Virus record (IMG/VR): IMGVR_UViG_3300033153_015063
Location: 1-64,000 of that record
DNA: 64,000 bases
Direction: 5' to 3' (one strand)
Shown: positions 1-10,513 of the stretch, in pieces
Layout of the letters: every line of letters begins with the position of its first letter
How positions within the stretch are numbered: position 1 is the stretch's first letter
Notes under the pieces: model-generated
The model's input: only the letters and a program-made list of their open reading frames with translations
What the model was told of the DNA's origin: nothing
Database searches by the model: none
Made by a program: the position numbers and the translations under genes

Positions 1-77
1 TTGTATTGTGTCTTTCCTTCCTCGTACTCGTACCTGTATCTGTTACCGGACCCTGGTGGAATCTCAACGGTGGTCAT
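1..77 (-). CDS. VEIPPGSG-module protein, copy 1 (partial, runs off window edge)
   Basis: Reverse complement from ATG at 77 reads MTTVEIPPGSGNRYRYEYEEGKTQY; TATA-like TTTATAA about 30 nt upstream; not in the supplied ORF track. Confidence 0.85.
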   Translation of the reverse strand, partial: MTTVEIPPGSGNRYRYEYEEGKTQY

Positions 78-297
78 GTCCAGGGAATAAAGAAGGTTGG
101 TTATAAACTGTTCTACTATCATTTTAGTAGATCCATCCAATATTTCGAGTCCCGTAAATTAGCCGATGAAAAGCTAAAACGCTTATTGAATAGCCGAGAA
201 AACGATGAGAAGATAGAAGGTATAATAAGTGTTTTCAACAATAACAGATTGGTTGGCTGACCAGACCCTTACGGGTATGTTTTTTGGTGTCATCGAA

Positions 298-1890
298 CTA
301 TCTCTTTGAGAAGCTGTCGAAGAAGTCCATCATCTCTTGTTCTTCATCGGAGAGAGGGTCAGTCAGTTTCCGGGTTCGCTTCTCATGGTCGAGCTTCAGG
401 GGTCCGTCGGGCCACTGTCCGACCTCGAAGTACTGTTGCTTCTTACGGCCTTTTCCTTTGATGAGAACGGTTCCATTTTCCTCGATGCCGAAGCGGCCAC
501 CAGACCACTGGTCGTGTTCCATCAGTATTCTCCAGAGCTCATGGGGGAACCTGTAGTAGTCCCGTCCCCCCTTCCGTTTGATGAAGGCCCACCGGTTGTT
601 TCCTATGATGGTCAAGGAATATACCTTCGCCTTGTAGTATCTGGACCGTAGATCCAGTTCGGTCTTTGTTGGGACCTTACCATTGGCAAGGGTAATGGGC
701 TGGAGGTCAGGATCGACGATGTGGATATGTTTCGGGTCGAGGACCCCAGACCTGATAAGGTTCAGAGTTCCTGTCTCATCTGTAGTTCCTCTGGCAAAGA
801 GGCGATGGACCAGAGTGACCGGGTGCCCTTCTGGTCGGACACCCCGGCCGATACTCTGGATGAGATGACGTTCTCCAGCCGAGCTGGACATGATAACTAC
901 ACAGTCGATGGTTGGAACGTTCATACCTTCCTGGAAGGTCCTGACGCTGACCAGTAGGTCAGTTTTGCCATCCTTGAAGCGGTTGATTGAACGAGTCCGA
1001 TCATCCCGGGACATCTGGCTATGCTCCATGAAGGCATGGAGGTGGTTCGCCAGTTCCACCGCTGGTGGTATGGACTCACCTACCACAAGCACCCTACGAC
1101 CATCTGAAAGGGCGTCTTTAACGAGTTTCTCAGTGAGGTCAATGCGGGTCTGGTGCTGGTAGAGAGCTCGCTTCCGTTCGAACAGGAGCTCCCTCAACTG
1201 AACGGCAAGGCGACGGCGTTCTGGGTCCTCATCCTTCGTGGCGATGCTGTTCAGCAGTTCTGGTGCCGGAGAATGGAGACCGAGTTTGTTCTCAAGTTGC
1301 TTCTTGTCCCGGCTGTACTTGTCATACTCTGCAGCTTCACTGGGGGCCATGGTGTAACCGACGTTGTTCATCTTGATGGAATGAATAATTCCATCAGAGA
1401 TTCCATCATCAAATGTGTAGCGGTAGATGACCTTCTTGAAGGGCCCCATCTCATCTGGGGCAGTAGCGGTCAGACCGAGTAGCCACCGATAGTCGGTGTC
1501 AAAGATGCGACTATTCTTCTCGGAGAAGTATCTGTGTGCTTCATCACAAACCAGAAGGACGTTTGGGAGATTGATGAGTGGCAACATCTCTCTGGCTGTA
1601 TTGACCACGATGACGTTGACCTTCTCCAGCCCTTTCCCGTTCCTACCTCCGCCCTTCCTGGATGCTTTGATACCCTGTTTCCAGAGCTCCTCATACCACT
1701 GTTCCATCAGGTTCGTACTTGGAACCACGATGAAACAAATAGCATTGGAATACTCAGTGGAAAGACGATTCCAGATTTCGATGGCAACAAAGGTCTTACC
1801 TGAGCCGGTGGAAGCTTCTACGATGCCCTTACCCTTGTCGAGGAAAGTATTGACAGCTTCTACCTGCCACTCTCGAAGTTCTGATGTCAT
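298..1890 (-). CDS. Superfamily 2 DEAH helicase (XPB/Rad25/ResIII-like)
   Basis: LREWQ Q-motif, ASTGSGKT Walker A, DEAH, TAT, QSIGRGVR motif VI. Confidence 0.9.
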   Translation of the reverse strand: MTSELREWQVEAVNTFLDKGKGIVEASTGSGKTFVAIEIWNRLSTEYSNAICFIVVPSTNLMEQWYEELWKQGIKASRKGGGRNGKGLEKVNVIVVNTAREMLPLINLPNVLLVCDEAHRYFSEKNSRIFDTDYRWLLGLTATAPDEMGPFKKVIYRYTFDDGISDGIIHSIKMNNVGYTMAPSEAAEYDKYSRDKKQLENKLGLHSPAPELLNSIATKDEDPERRRLAVQLRELLFERKRALYQHQTRIDLTEKLVKDALSDGRRVLVVGESIPPAVELANHLHAFMEHSQMSRDDRTRSINRFKDGKTDLLVSVRTFQEGMNVPTIDCVVIMSSSAGERHLIQSIGRGVRPEGHPVTLVHRLFARGTTDETGTLNLIRSGVLDPKHIHIVDPDLQPITLANGKVPTKTELDLRSRYYKAKVYSLTIIGNNRWAFIKRKGGRDYYRFPHELWRILMEHDQWSGGRFGIEENGTVLIKGKGRKKQQYFEVGQWPDGPLKLDHEKRTRKLTDPLSDEEQEMMDFFDSFSKR

Positions 1891-1910
1891 ACAACTTGAT
1901 TTGTATTCAG

Positions 1911-1952
1911 TCTTTATATAGTTTCATAGACCAAGACCGTAAAAAGCGTAAA
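1911..1952 (-). promoter_or_regulatory. Operator-class promoter 1 (TTTACGCTTTTTACGG upstream of TATATAAAG)
   Basis: Motif recurs 9 times; TATA 30 nt before helicase ATG. Confidence 0.8.
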
Positions 1953-2011
1953 TGTCTGTTTCATCTGGTCGCTCCCTGAAGAGATACTCCTCAGACCACC
2001 TCGGCCCTCGG

Positions 2012-2473
2012 TCACGACCTTGGTATAAGAGGGACCCGTTGCCATCTCCCACAGTTCAAACACTGAGCTCTGTAGGTCCGACAATGCCATCCACCACCCC
2101 GGTATTCCTTCATCAAGTCGCCACAACCAGGGCAGGTTGGTATCTTTGGTTTGATAGTGCGATTTAGAAGTAGTTTCTCTTCCATGAGTGAAACGGTCCC
2201 CAATAATTTTTCTATGATAAGGTCTTTTTCTCCGATGATCTTTTCCAGGGCATCAATACGTCCTTTTTCCTTATCGAGCTCATCGTTGAGATGCCTCGGT
2301 GCCTGTTTCTTCTTTCCCTTTTCATCTTTATGTCGTGCGAGCTTCAGGTTGACGGCCTGGCCAGTGGTCCCAAACATCTCTCCAATATCCTTGTTGGTGA
2401 GTTTCGGGCTCTTTTTCTTCATCCTGATTATTTCAGGTGCAGAGGGTAGTTTTGAAGGTCTACCACCAGGCAT
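2012..2473 (-). CDS. Putative DNA-binding protein (HTH, coiled coil, Zn ribbon)
   Basis: LTNKDIGEMFGTTGQAV HTH-like segment; CPGC...CLNC; upstream CTTTTTAAAC box. Confidence 0.55.
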   Translation of the reverse strand: MPGGRPSKLPSAPEIIRMKKKSPKLTNKDIGEMFGTTGQAVNLKLARHKDEKGKKKQAPRHLNDELDKEKGRIDALEKIIGEKDLIIEKLLGTVSLMEEKLLLNRTIKPKIPTCPGCGDLMKEYRGGGWHCRTYRAQCLNCGRWQRVPLIPRS

Positions 2474-2536
2474 CTATCTCACTTCCATTGTAAAACGGTA
2501 AGATAGGGAGAGTTTAAAAAGAGTACCCTAACCTTA

Positions 2537-3520
2537 TCAGAAATCCAACACGTTATGGCCCTCGGATTCCAGCCTGGCCTCGGCTATCTCAAAGGCACCA
2601 TATCCATCATTGGTGTTCTCCCCGATCTCACTTTCGAACCCGATGTATTTTCTACCCAGGCGATGAGCTGCAATAGCCGTTGTCCCAGAACCAATGAAAG
2701 GGTCCAATACCACATCGCCAAGCCTACTTCCGATGGTGATAAGGTAGGACATCAACTTGATGGGTTTGACTGAGATATGGGTGTTCTTGACCTTCTTTTT
2801 TCTACCTTCCTGTTCTTTGGCCTCGTAGCCCACATTACACCCACAGTTGTAATCCTTTCTTTTTCCGCATTCCACACAGAATAGATTATGAGAGTAGTAG
2901 TCACGATTCCTGGTCTCCGCTATTTGTTCAGTGACGCAGGACCCCTCTCTTTCGAAGTTCTCCAGGCCTTTTTCCTTTTCACTACGTGATGGTTTAGGAA
3001 CGATGAGAAAAGGAAAAGTTCTTTGAATGCTATCGGGTAATTGGTCGATAAGTTTTTCCCACCACCTATCGAGAGAAAAGAACATCGAGTAGTCACCTTC
3101 GTCGCCATAACCCCCCATCTGGAAGTCATCATAACCCCATTTTCCCGCTTTCTCATCTTTTGGTCTGGTTGTTTTACCGCCATCAGATTTCCTGATACAC
3201 CCATCATCAAGTACGTTGTCAGATACCAGTAGGTTCGGGGCAAAGCGACCTCTTGGGTCCACTACTGCATCATCCATCGACTTGTAACCATACTCAGCGG
3301 AACCAGTACCGATACGCCGGCCCTCGACGTTGTGCCGGCCACCGACGGATGGTTCCTCGGTCTCTCCATAGGGTATTTTTCCATCGTCCAACCAACAACA
3401 TCCAGTCCCTTGTTTGCAGAAATGAGCAATAGGTGGTTTTCTGAATTTACCATTAGGCAATCTTTCAACTTCCACCTCGATGCCATTATAATCTATTTCG
3501 TAGATTTTCTTTTCTTCCAT
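2537..3520 (-). CDS. Split N4/N6 DNA methyltransferase, C-terminal part
   Basis: HISVKP, DPFIGSGTT motif I; continues the alignment with intact paralogue 35816-37084 from KQGTG. Confidence 0.85.
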   Translation of the reverse strand: MEEKKIYEIDYNGIEVEVERLPNGKFRKPPIAHFCKQGTGCCWLDDGKIPYGETEEPSVGGRHNVEGRRIGTGSAEYGYKSMDDAVVDPRGRFAPNLLVSDNVLDDGCIRKSDGGKTTRPKDEKAGKWGYDDFQMGGYGDEGDYSMFFSLDRWWEKLIDQLPDSIQRTFPFLIVPKPSRSEKEKGLENFEREGSCVTEQIAETRNRDYYSHNLFCVECGKRKDYNCGCNVGYEAKEQEGRKKKVKNTHISVKPIKLMSYLITIGSRLGDVVLDPFIGSGTTAIAAHRLGRKYIGFESEIGENTNDGYGAFEIAEARLESEGHNVLDF

Positions 3521-4391
3521 CCTTCTTCCCTCAGTACCATCTTAATAGGAAACACAGAACAATTAAAATGAGAAGCACATTCTTTTACAGTTTTGTTTTT
3601 AACTATATAAAGTTCAAATAATGTCTTTTTATTGATATTGACTATTCTTTTATTAGATATATTAAACTTTCTCATATTTCTTTCTACAGTCGATGTTGAA
3701 CAACCAAAATATATTGAGGTTTCTTTTACAGTGTGTGTCGAGAGGAAATTTCTTAGTCCGTTTTCTTTTATGTTATATTTGAAGTTCGGGTTCAGTTTAC
3801 CTTTTCTTGCTTTAGCTTTCCGACTAATCTTCTTTCTCACATCAGGTCGTTTTGATGGATTTTTATCTCCTTTTATCCTCCCTTTTAATGTCTTACTTCT
3901 TTTTTTGTTGATTTCCTTTGGTTGCTTCTTTCCCCACATATAATGCTTTTCACCACTACATTTCTCTTCCATAGCTCTCTTATGTATCTGACGAACTATC
4001 TCATTTTCCATTGGATTGATATCTCCTCCTAAAGTCATATTGTAACCATTACCATTTCCTATAAACGTATCATATTCCTCAATAAAACTAACTTCCATAT
4101 TTCTTAATTCCTCGATAGATTCTGATTCATAAAGAGTAGTATATGTAAAGTTCTCTATCCCATATTCCTTTATCTTTTTATCTATTAATAGAGTAGGATT
4201 GGTATAACCTGATATTTTTTTATGTTCTTTCCATCTTTTATCCAACCCTCTACTATCAATACCAATATACATTTTATTATTTAGAGTATTTGTTATACAG
4301 TACACTACTCCCATTCTACATCAACTCCATATTTCTTTTCTATATCGAGTTTGATTTCCTCTAATATTCTTTCCTCTTCCCTTAATCTAGA
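3416..4391 (-). mobile_element. 976-bp homing-endonuclease insertion splitting a methyltransferase
   Basis: Removing it joins TYVDQAL to KQGTGCCWLDDGKI, which aligns without gaps to TFVENALKWGVAGLNIDGARI of the paralogue. Confidence 0.75.
3493..4314 (-). CDS. GIY-YIG homing endonuclease with NUMOD3-like and HTH repeats
   Basis: GVVYCITNTLNNKMYIG, R and E catalytic positions, GYNMT; AT-rich relative to flanks. Confidence 0.9.
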   Translation of the reverse strand: MGVVYCITNTLNNKMYIGIDSRGLDKRWKEHKKISGYTNPTLLIDKKIKEYGIENFTYTTLYESESIEELRNMEVSFIEEYDTFIGNGNGYNMTLGGDINPMENEIVRQIHKRAMEEKCSGEKHYMWGKKQPKEINKKRSKTLKGRIKGDKNPSKRPDVRKKISRKAKARKGKLNPNFKYNIKENGLRNFLSTHTVKETSIYFGCSTSTVERNMRKFNISNKRIVNINKKTLFELYIVKNKTVKECASHFNCSVFPIKMVLREEGWKKRKSTK

Positions 4392-5006
4392 TAGTGCCTG
4401 GTCCACATAGGTTTTTTCACTCAGTGGAACCATCGCCACTATGATGACCTCAACTGCTGGCTTAGGATTATAGCCTCCATAGGACCCTTCCATCGCCTTT
4501 GCCTCTTCTGTGGATGGTGCTGTTATATCACCCGCATCTCCTGTGCCACCAGTAGAACCACCATCACATCTCTTTGAGAATACAGCAGTATCTCTGGAAT
4601 AATTATATTGTTTGTGATGTGAACGACCTACTACTTCTCTCTCGACGCCAGCCCGTTCGTCAATCTTCTTCGAGATGTTTGGTGCCTTAGGCCACCCTGT
4701 AGCATAGGTCCAGTAGATGCTACTATTGGAAACCACAAATCCAGCGTCGTGGAGGTTGAGTATCATCTTTGCAAGGACATCTTGACGAGGCGATGACATC
4801 ACAAAGGCGAAGGACCCTGGTTTTAGGACCCGTAGACATTCCCTCCAGATTTCGACAGGCGGGACCCCTCGGTCCCAGTTTCGACCCATAAACGATAATC
4901 CATAAGGTGGATCTGTGATGATGGTATCAATGCAATTATCAGGAAGATGCACAGGCATACCAACCAGGCAATCCTCGTTGTAGATGATGTCGGTTTTGAA
5001 ATCCAT
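4305..5006 (-). CDS. Split N4/N6 DNA methyltransferase, N-terminal part
   Basis: MDFKTDIIYNEDC, TDPPY motif IV; start moved to 5006 to fit upstream TATA. Confidence 0.85.
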   Translation of the reverse strand: MDFKTDIIYNEDCLVGMPVHLPDNCIDTIITDPPYGLSFMGRNWDRGVPPVEIWRECLRVLKPGSFAFVMSSPRQDVLAKMILNLHDAGFVVSNSSIYWTYATGWPKAPNISKKIDERAGVEREVVGRSHHKQYNYSRDTAVFSKRCDGGSTGGTGDAGDITAPSTEEAKAMEGSYGGYNPKPAVEVIIVAMVPLSEKTYVDQALSRLREEERILEEIKLDIEKKYGVDVEWE

Positions 5007-5046
5007 ATGAAAGATACACACTAGATGGAGTTTAAAAAGATTCTTA

Positions 5047-5772
5047 TCAAATTTTCCTGAACACCATAAAGTGATGAAACCCACGTAGTAGGAATTTATT
5101 CTTTGTAGCACGATAGTGCCAGAGACCACCGGTCCCGGCCTGGTTCCTGACAGTGACAGAGATGTATTCGACTGGTTCAAAGTCTCGTTCAAGGAATAAT
5201 TGGTAGATACGCCAGCCTGCCGGTATGAACCTACCCTTTTTACTCTCATCCCCAATAAGCCAACCGACTGGCCCGCCACTCTTCAGGACTCTGTGAATCT
5301 CATCAATGACCTCCGCCATCGCCTCGAAGAAAGCATCGTCAGAGACAGGTATTTTACCTATATCTTCAGGATTATCTCCATAGTCGATGTTATCTCCATA
5401 AGGTGAATCGCAGAACACGGCGTCTATTGAATCCTCATTGAACACCTCACTGAGATTCCTAGCGTCGCAGAGTTCAATGTCGTCTCGATGCACATGCACA
5501 TCTGACCCAACAGCCTCTCGATCCATCATTTCAGCGACGTCGATGGTTGTTCCAGACCCACAAAATGGGTCGAGAACCAGATCACCTGGTTGGGTCCAGA
5601 GATGTAGGAAGTTCCAGATTACCCTGGCGGGTGTAACACCCCGGTATTTGTTATCACCACCTTTCACCTGCTTGTCACTCTGGGTCGGAAAATCCCAGAG
5701 AGTAGTGGTCTCTGGTTGGACCCCAACTCTCTTAACAAGTTCTTCTGGTAGATCATCCTCGAAGAAACTCAT
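5047..5772 (-). CDS. DNA methyltransferase (motif I before motif IV)
   Basis: DPFCGSGTT then DSPY, HRVLKSGG. Confidence 0.85.
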   Translation of the reverse strand: MSFFEDDLPEELVKRVGVQPETTTLWDFPTQSDKQVKGGDNKYRGVTPARVIWNFLHLWTQPGDLVLDPFCGSGTTIDVAEMMDREAVGSDVHVHRDDIELCDARNLSEVFNEDSIDAVFCDSPYGDNIDYGDNPEDIGKIPVSDDAFFEAMAEVIDEIHRVLKSGGPVGWLIGDESKKGRFIPAGWRIYQLFLERDFEPVEYISVTVRNQAGTGGLWHYRATKNKFLLRGFHHFMVFRKI

Positions 5773-5775
5773 ATA

Positions 5776-6438
5776 TTAAACCTCGCTTTTCTTTGATAGA
5801 AGTTTCAGACTGGTATCCGAGATAGTTTGATCTGAATCCAAATCCATCTCACCTATACCTTCGTTCATGTCTCCGTCCTCCAGCCACTTTCTATAGAATT
5901 TGAAGTGCTTTTTACATCCACTACAGAACATAGTATTCCCGGTAACCTTGTATTCGATACCACAATCACAGGGGTTTTGTTTCTCATAAATATTCCCGAC
6001 GATGTAGATTGACCCCTGTCTCACGACATCGAAGTCAAATAGGTCGATCTTTGGTTGTGGAACCCGCTCAGAACCTATGTAATCAGTCCAGCTCACCTCT
6101 AGCATGAACCTGGGGTAATACTTACCACGTGTCTCTTTCTTCCAGACCACTACACCCCTTATCAGATCATCTCTCAATGCGGGTTTGTTAGAGAATGTCT
6201 GGAAGGTAATGATGTCCCCTTCGTAGATGTTGTTACCTCTCCGGTCCTCCATCCCGATAGATGGCATCAGAACGTCACCCTCGTCGGTGCCGATGACCTC
6301 GGTACCCAGGTTATCTTCCTCTTCTATCGCAGCATTCCACGACCCATCACAGTAGACTGTCACACTATCGTAGAACCTCTGATGCCTGACAGACCAGGCA
6401 CGGAAATTGAATTCTCTCTCATCCTCGCACATGACCAC
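5776..6438 (-). CDS. YopX-family protein with C-terminal Zn ribbon
   Basis: FRAW, MEDRRGNNIYEGDII, VGNIYE; then FCSGCKKHF. Confidence 0.75.
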   Translation of the reverse strand: MVMCEDEREFNFRAWSVRHQRFYDSVTVYCDGSWNAAIEEEDNLGTEVIGTDEGDVLMPSIGMEDRRGNNIYEGDIITFQTFSNKPALRDDLIRGVVVWKKETRGKYYPRFMLEVSWTDYIGSERVPQPKIDLFDFDVVRQGSIYIVGNIYEKQNPCDCGIEYKVTGNTMFCSGCKKHFKFYRKWLEDGDMNEGIGEMDLDSDQTISDTSLKLLSKKSEV

Positions 6439-6604
6439 TCCTCACTCTGAAATTCATAGGATCTTCATTTTTGATGGATCGTTTTCGTAGTTGTTCACAT
6501 CGCCTTATGGCCACCCACTCGTTCCTGGTCCTGGTCCCAACGACCTCTGCCCATACACCAGGACGCTTTTCCTCTTGAACATAGTATGATTTGCCCATAA
6601 GACT

Positions 6605-7768
6605 TCAACACGCTGTGGAGAAAGTAAAATCTTCTGTGAAAGAATATACATTGATGGTATCGGCATCTTCGAGAGTGAACACAGGTTCATCCTCGTCAAA
6701 GTTACAATCATCGGTGTCTATCTCGTCTTCTCCGGGGGGATAGTTGAACTCATAGACAGGTTCTCCGTCGTTGTCACAGAACTCACAGTTGATAACGAGA
6801 CCAGAGAATATATCTTCCGGGGCATCTACGATATAAATACTCACATAACACAATGGGCAACATATCTCGATATATTTATCAAAGTGGCCTTCCTCGACCA
6901 TTTTCTCGAAGAGTGACTCAAAGTCAATTCCATCTGGTCTCGGTTCCAGATACTTCCAGATCCTACCCAGGAACCTTTTTTCGTATCCTTTGGATACGAT
7001 GAGTTCGATAAGTCTGGTCATTGCTTCCACTTCATCATCGGTGGACTCTGGTAGTATTTTCAATTTGAGTCTGGGTGGGCTACTCTTTTTGTCGGTGAAT
7101 AAGTGACTGGTAGATTTATCGGTGAGTGCTTCAAAGAGATGCATTATGGCCTTCTTACCCACTTTACAGGATGGTCCAGCATCTTCCCAGGGCGGCCCCA
7201 ACGCACATCCACATCTATCGTTATCGAAGCACCCAGCCAGATTCTCGGCAGCGTCCTTCCCACTCATGTTGCTGTTGACCCTCCATTTGACGTACTCCCA
7301 CATTTTATCCTCAACGTATCTCTTTCCCAACTCGACAAGATACAGTTCTTCCATAGCTTCCTTGTTCACTTCATCGGACCATGAAACGTTCTCGCCACAA
7401 CCAGGGCATGTCCATCCACCATCAATATTTCTCATCTGACAACAGTACTCGTGGTGAGATAGATAGACCAGACCACATCCGAGGCAGATAACAGCATAGG
7501 GGGTAGGAACCTCAGATACGGGGTCCTGGGGTTCTCCACCATAAGTGCACTGACAGTCATCCCAGACGTATTTCATCTCGTCGGCGGAAGGGATAACGTC
7601 TACTTCCTCAACATTGAACTGGAGATTTCTTCCATCGGTTGTTATATAGGAATATGAAGAACCATCTCTATCTCTCTTTCTCACTTCCACAACGGTTCCC
7701 GCTACCACAACGGTTTCCTCTACACTATATTGTGTATCTTTCTTCAGTACCACTTTCATTTCAATCAC
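6605..7768 (-). CDS. Hypothetical protein with several CxxC pairs
   Basis: 387-aa ORF in minus-strand operon. Confidence 0.6.
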   Translation of the reverse strand: MIEMKVVLKKDTQYSVEETVVVAGTVVEVRKRDRDGSSYSYITTDGRNLQFNVEEVDVIPSADEMKYVWDDCQCTYGGEPQDPVSEVPTPYAVICLGCGLVYLSHHEYCCQMRNIDGGWTCPGCGENVSWSDEVNKEAMEELYLVELGKRYVEDKMWEYVKWRVNSNMSGKDAAENLAGCFDNDRCGCALGPPWEDAGPSCKVGKKAIMHLFEALTDKSTSHLFTDKKSSPPRLKLKILPESTDDEVEAMTRLIELIVSKGYEKRFLGRIWKYLEPRPDGIDFESLFEKMVEEGHFDKYIEICCPLCYVSIYIVDAPEDIFSGLVINCEFCDNDGEPVYEFNYPPGEDEIDTDDCNFDEDEPVFTLEDADTINVYSFTEDFTFSTAC

Positions 7769-8249
7769 TCTTCAGTATAGATTTTTTGACCGCCAGATAA
7801 CGTGCATAGTGAGGGTTTTTGTGAAGTGTGTGTGGTAACGGGATGTTCCCATTGTCATCGAGGATAAAATCACCAATCAGGGTTTTTCCATTCTTCGTTT
7901 TGATGAAGTAATTACTGTTCCACACATCCATTACCTCCCACTGATGGGCAAGTGGTAATGGAACGCATCTATGACCAACTCTCTCTATCTCTGGTTCGGT
8001 GACGACACCGATGTAGTGTTCGATGTATTGATCGTATAAACCAACCTCATCGTCTGGCCACTTTCCACCATACTGCCGCCAATCTCCTACTCTCCACTTC
8101 CACTCAGCCCTGGGTTTGACGGGTGGACCTTCGTTCGTGTAGGTTGGTGTAAACTCTTCCCATGATGCTTCTACGAACAGAACTCGGCAGAACTCGACCA
8201 TCTCAGTGATCTCTTCTGGGGTCAGGTCATAAAACGGGGTATCTTCCAT
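7761..8249 (-). CDS. Hypothetical protein
   Basis: ORF overlapping next gene start. Confidence 0.55.
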   Translation of the reverse strand: MEDTPFYDLTPEEITEMVEFCRVLFVEASWEEFTPTYTNEGPPVKPRAEWKWRVGDWRQYGGKWPDDEVGLYDQYIEHYIGVVTEPEIERVGHRCVPLPLAHQWEVMDVWNSNYFIKTKNGKTLIGDFILDDNGNIPLPHTLHKNPHYARYLAVKKSILKSD

Positions 8250-8608
8250 TAACTATCCCTCATCTTCAACCATTTCAGGAAAGTAATTACAGAACAATCA
8301 TCGTCACACGGAATACCAGTATCAGCGGTATGAACATCTCGATGATAAACATCCCATAGGTGAAACAATTCATCAACACTGTACTTCATTTTTTAATCAC
8401 CCATTTACCATCTTCAAGTTGTTCGAAGCTACACTTCGCAAGTATAAATCCCAATTGACGTCTGCTGGGGATGGAACATCTGTACTTTCTCCTCTTGGTT
8501 TTACGAGTGGATGCAGATACCTCTATCATCTTCGGTAATATTTCACCAAACCATAACGGGCCATAGTTTTCGAGGACCATTTTGGTCAGTCTGGCGAATC
8601 TGCTATTG

Positions 8609-8794
8609 TCAGTCGTTTTGATGAGCCATTACCTCCTTTATGTTATCGGAACCGCAATCAGGACAGCATCCATCACCACTCATCTGATATTTACAGTCGG
8701 TGCAAAACTTCATGCCACATTCCAGGCATTCGTGTTCTGCGTCGTCACAACAGAAGTCACAGTTCTCCTTGTAAATACCCATCCTTACCACCAC
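8609..8794 (-). CDS. Small Cys-rich Zn-finger protein
   Basis: Four CxxC pairs. Confidence 0.5.
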   Translation of the reverse strand: MVVRMGIYKENCDFCCDDAEHECLECGMKFCTDCKYQMSGDGCCPDCGSDNIKEVMAHQND

Positions 8795-9492
8795 TTCAGG
8801 GCCGTCCCGGCTGACCGTTTCTTCTTTCCGTCATCATCAAACCAGATTAGACGCCAGGACGTCCACTGATGGAACTTCTCCTGCTTCTCATCCTCACTTT
8901 CGTCCTTGAATGAAGAAAAAATCTCATCGCAGACCAGATGGGTAAGATAACCCAGGAAAGCCATCAACCACATCAACACGAAGAGATAGAGCTCGATGTC
9001 TGCAACATACACAGAGATGAAGAAAATGGCCCCAATGATGGCAGAGTAAAGGATTCCAGCCCCGATGGAGTGCATATGCCCTCGGTGGTCAGTCAACTTG
9101 ACGGCCAGATAATAGGCAAACAGCCAGTTGAAAGCAACAGCCAGCATCACCGCCGAGAACACGTATGGTAGCATCTCCTTTGGAGACATCGAGAAAACAT
9201 AGTGACAGATAGCAACGGCAATGGACGAGAACAGCACCATGAAAATAGTCGAAGATACCTGTCTGGCAAGCTGAGAAGGTTTGGAGTTTGGAGAATCCAG
9301 GGCATCTGGCATCACGACGCCACCCATCCAGATGAAACAACCTGTCAGATAGAAAAACATGAAGCGTAAGACGGCCCAGAGGTCCAGAGACGAAAATGTG
9401 TGTGCTACTATGAACCATAACGGTAGCAGAATGAGAGAGAACACAATCAGCCATCTTTTGCCATAGAACACGTGGTCTTCGTAATTTCCCAT
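8785..9492 (-). CDS. Membrane-bound metal-dependent hydrolase (YdjM/DUF457-like)
   Basis: H near N-terminus, PDxLD, HRGHMHS, HLVCD, several TM helices. Confidence 0.75.
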   Translation of the reverse strand: MGNYEDHVFYGKRWLIVFSLILLPLWFIVAHTFSSLDLWAVLRFMFFYLTGCFIWMGGVVMPDALDSPNSKPSQLARQVSSTIFMVLFSSIAVAICHYVFSMSPKEMLPYVFSAVMLAVAFNWLFAYYLAVKLTDHRGHMHSIGAGILYSAIIGAIFFISVYVADIELYLFVLMWLMAFLGYLTHLVCDEIFSSFKDESEDEKQEKFHQWTSWRLIWFDDDGKKKRSAGTALKWW

Positions 9493-9669
9493 GCCTACTC
9501 AACCATCAGGAAGTGTTTTTAAATTTTACTATTACTGTTTTGGGTTCATCCACCCTTATGGGGCTAAGGTGCGTGTTTATAAACTTTACGCATATGTAAA
9601 GTGATAATATATAAATAGATATTCAAAAAGTTTATATATACCCTGTTTCACTCTTTTCGGTGATCTTCC

Positions 9670-9921
9670 ATGTTCTTACTCAACAACGTATTGGATATCG
9701 GCTATCAAACAGCAGTTCTGATGGGCCTCGTACTTGTAGTTCTCTTCGTAGTTGGAAAGAAGATAGCCGATAGGATAGGCTACACAACGATAAGTGGTGC
9801 ATGTTGTGTATCACTCGGGGCGATCATGGGATATATATTCCTTGATGTTATAGGATATGGGATAGTGCTGGTGGCAGCGTATCTTTTACAGAGTAGACTG
9901 AGAGGCACCTGTCCTATTTGA
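9670..9921 (+). CDS. Small membrane protein
   Basis: Hydrophobic ORF; TTTATATA about 30 nt upstream. Confidence 0.6.
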   Translation: MFLLNNVLDIGYQTAVLMGLVLVVLFVVGKKIADRIGYTTISGACCVSLGAIMGYIFLDVIGYGIVLVAAYLLQSRLRGTCPI

Positions 9922-10480
9922 CCTTATCCAGCCCTTCCCCATACTCAGCATCCATCTTATGGCACTCACATTTCTCTCGTGGTAAGTTACAGTGAGGGCA
10001 AGTCACCTTGCAATCGAGACACATCACATCTCCAGGTTCTGCAGCACTTCCCCAACACTCCTTGCAGAGAAGGGCATAAATACTATCCAGCGTGGGAGAC
10101 GGCGGTGTATTGTACAACTGGGCTGTTCTATCAGACACTCTGTTGACGATACGGTAGTAGTTTTTGAATGGCCCTATCTCAATCTCGTCCTCGACACCTG
10201 GTTGTTTGACGTGGACCAGACCGGCATAACCGATCTTCAGGACTTTGACTGGTTGATTTCCCCACAGGATCGTATCTCCGGGGTCGAGGTTATTGACTAC
10301 CTCGATTTTGGCCCTGATAACAACTTTCAGTTCGTCCAGGTCTTGGACCCTCTTTGCATCACGTAGGAACATTTCCAGTCTATTCATCTTATCGGTCCAT
10401 GCACAGGACATACAACGATGATACCACAGCGACAGGTAGACGAGACCACCACAGTCAGGACACTTCTTTGCATGCTTCAT
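9914..10480 (-). CDS. Hypothetical Zn-finger protein
   Basis: CxxC motifs at both ends. Confidence 0.55.
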   Translation of the reverse strand: MKHAKKCPDCGGLVYLSLWYHRCMSCAWTDKMNRLEMFLRDAKRVQDLDELKVVIRAKIEVVNNLDPGDTILWGNQPVKVLKIGYAGLVHVKQPGVEDEIEIGPFKNYYRIVNRVSDRTAQLYNTPPSPTLDSIYALLCKECWGSAAEPGDVMCLDCKVTCPHCNLPREKCECHKMDAEYGEGLDKVK

Positions 10481-10513
10481 GTACTATCAGAATCGCAGGG
10501 TATGAATAAATAC

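Noticed and set aside
3416-4391. Intein or group I intron
   Set aside because: Insert length is not a multiple of 3, contains stops, lacks a His-Asn end, and has no non-coding room for a ribozyme core; no clear bulge-helix-bulge seen.
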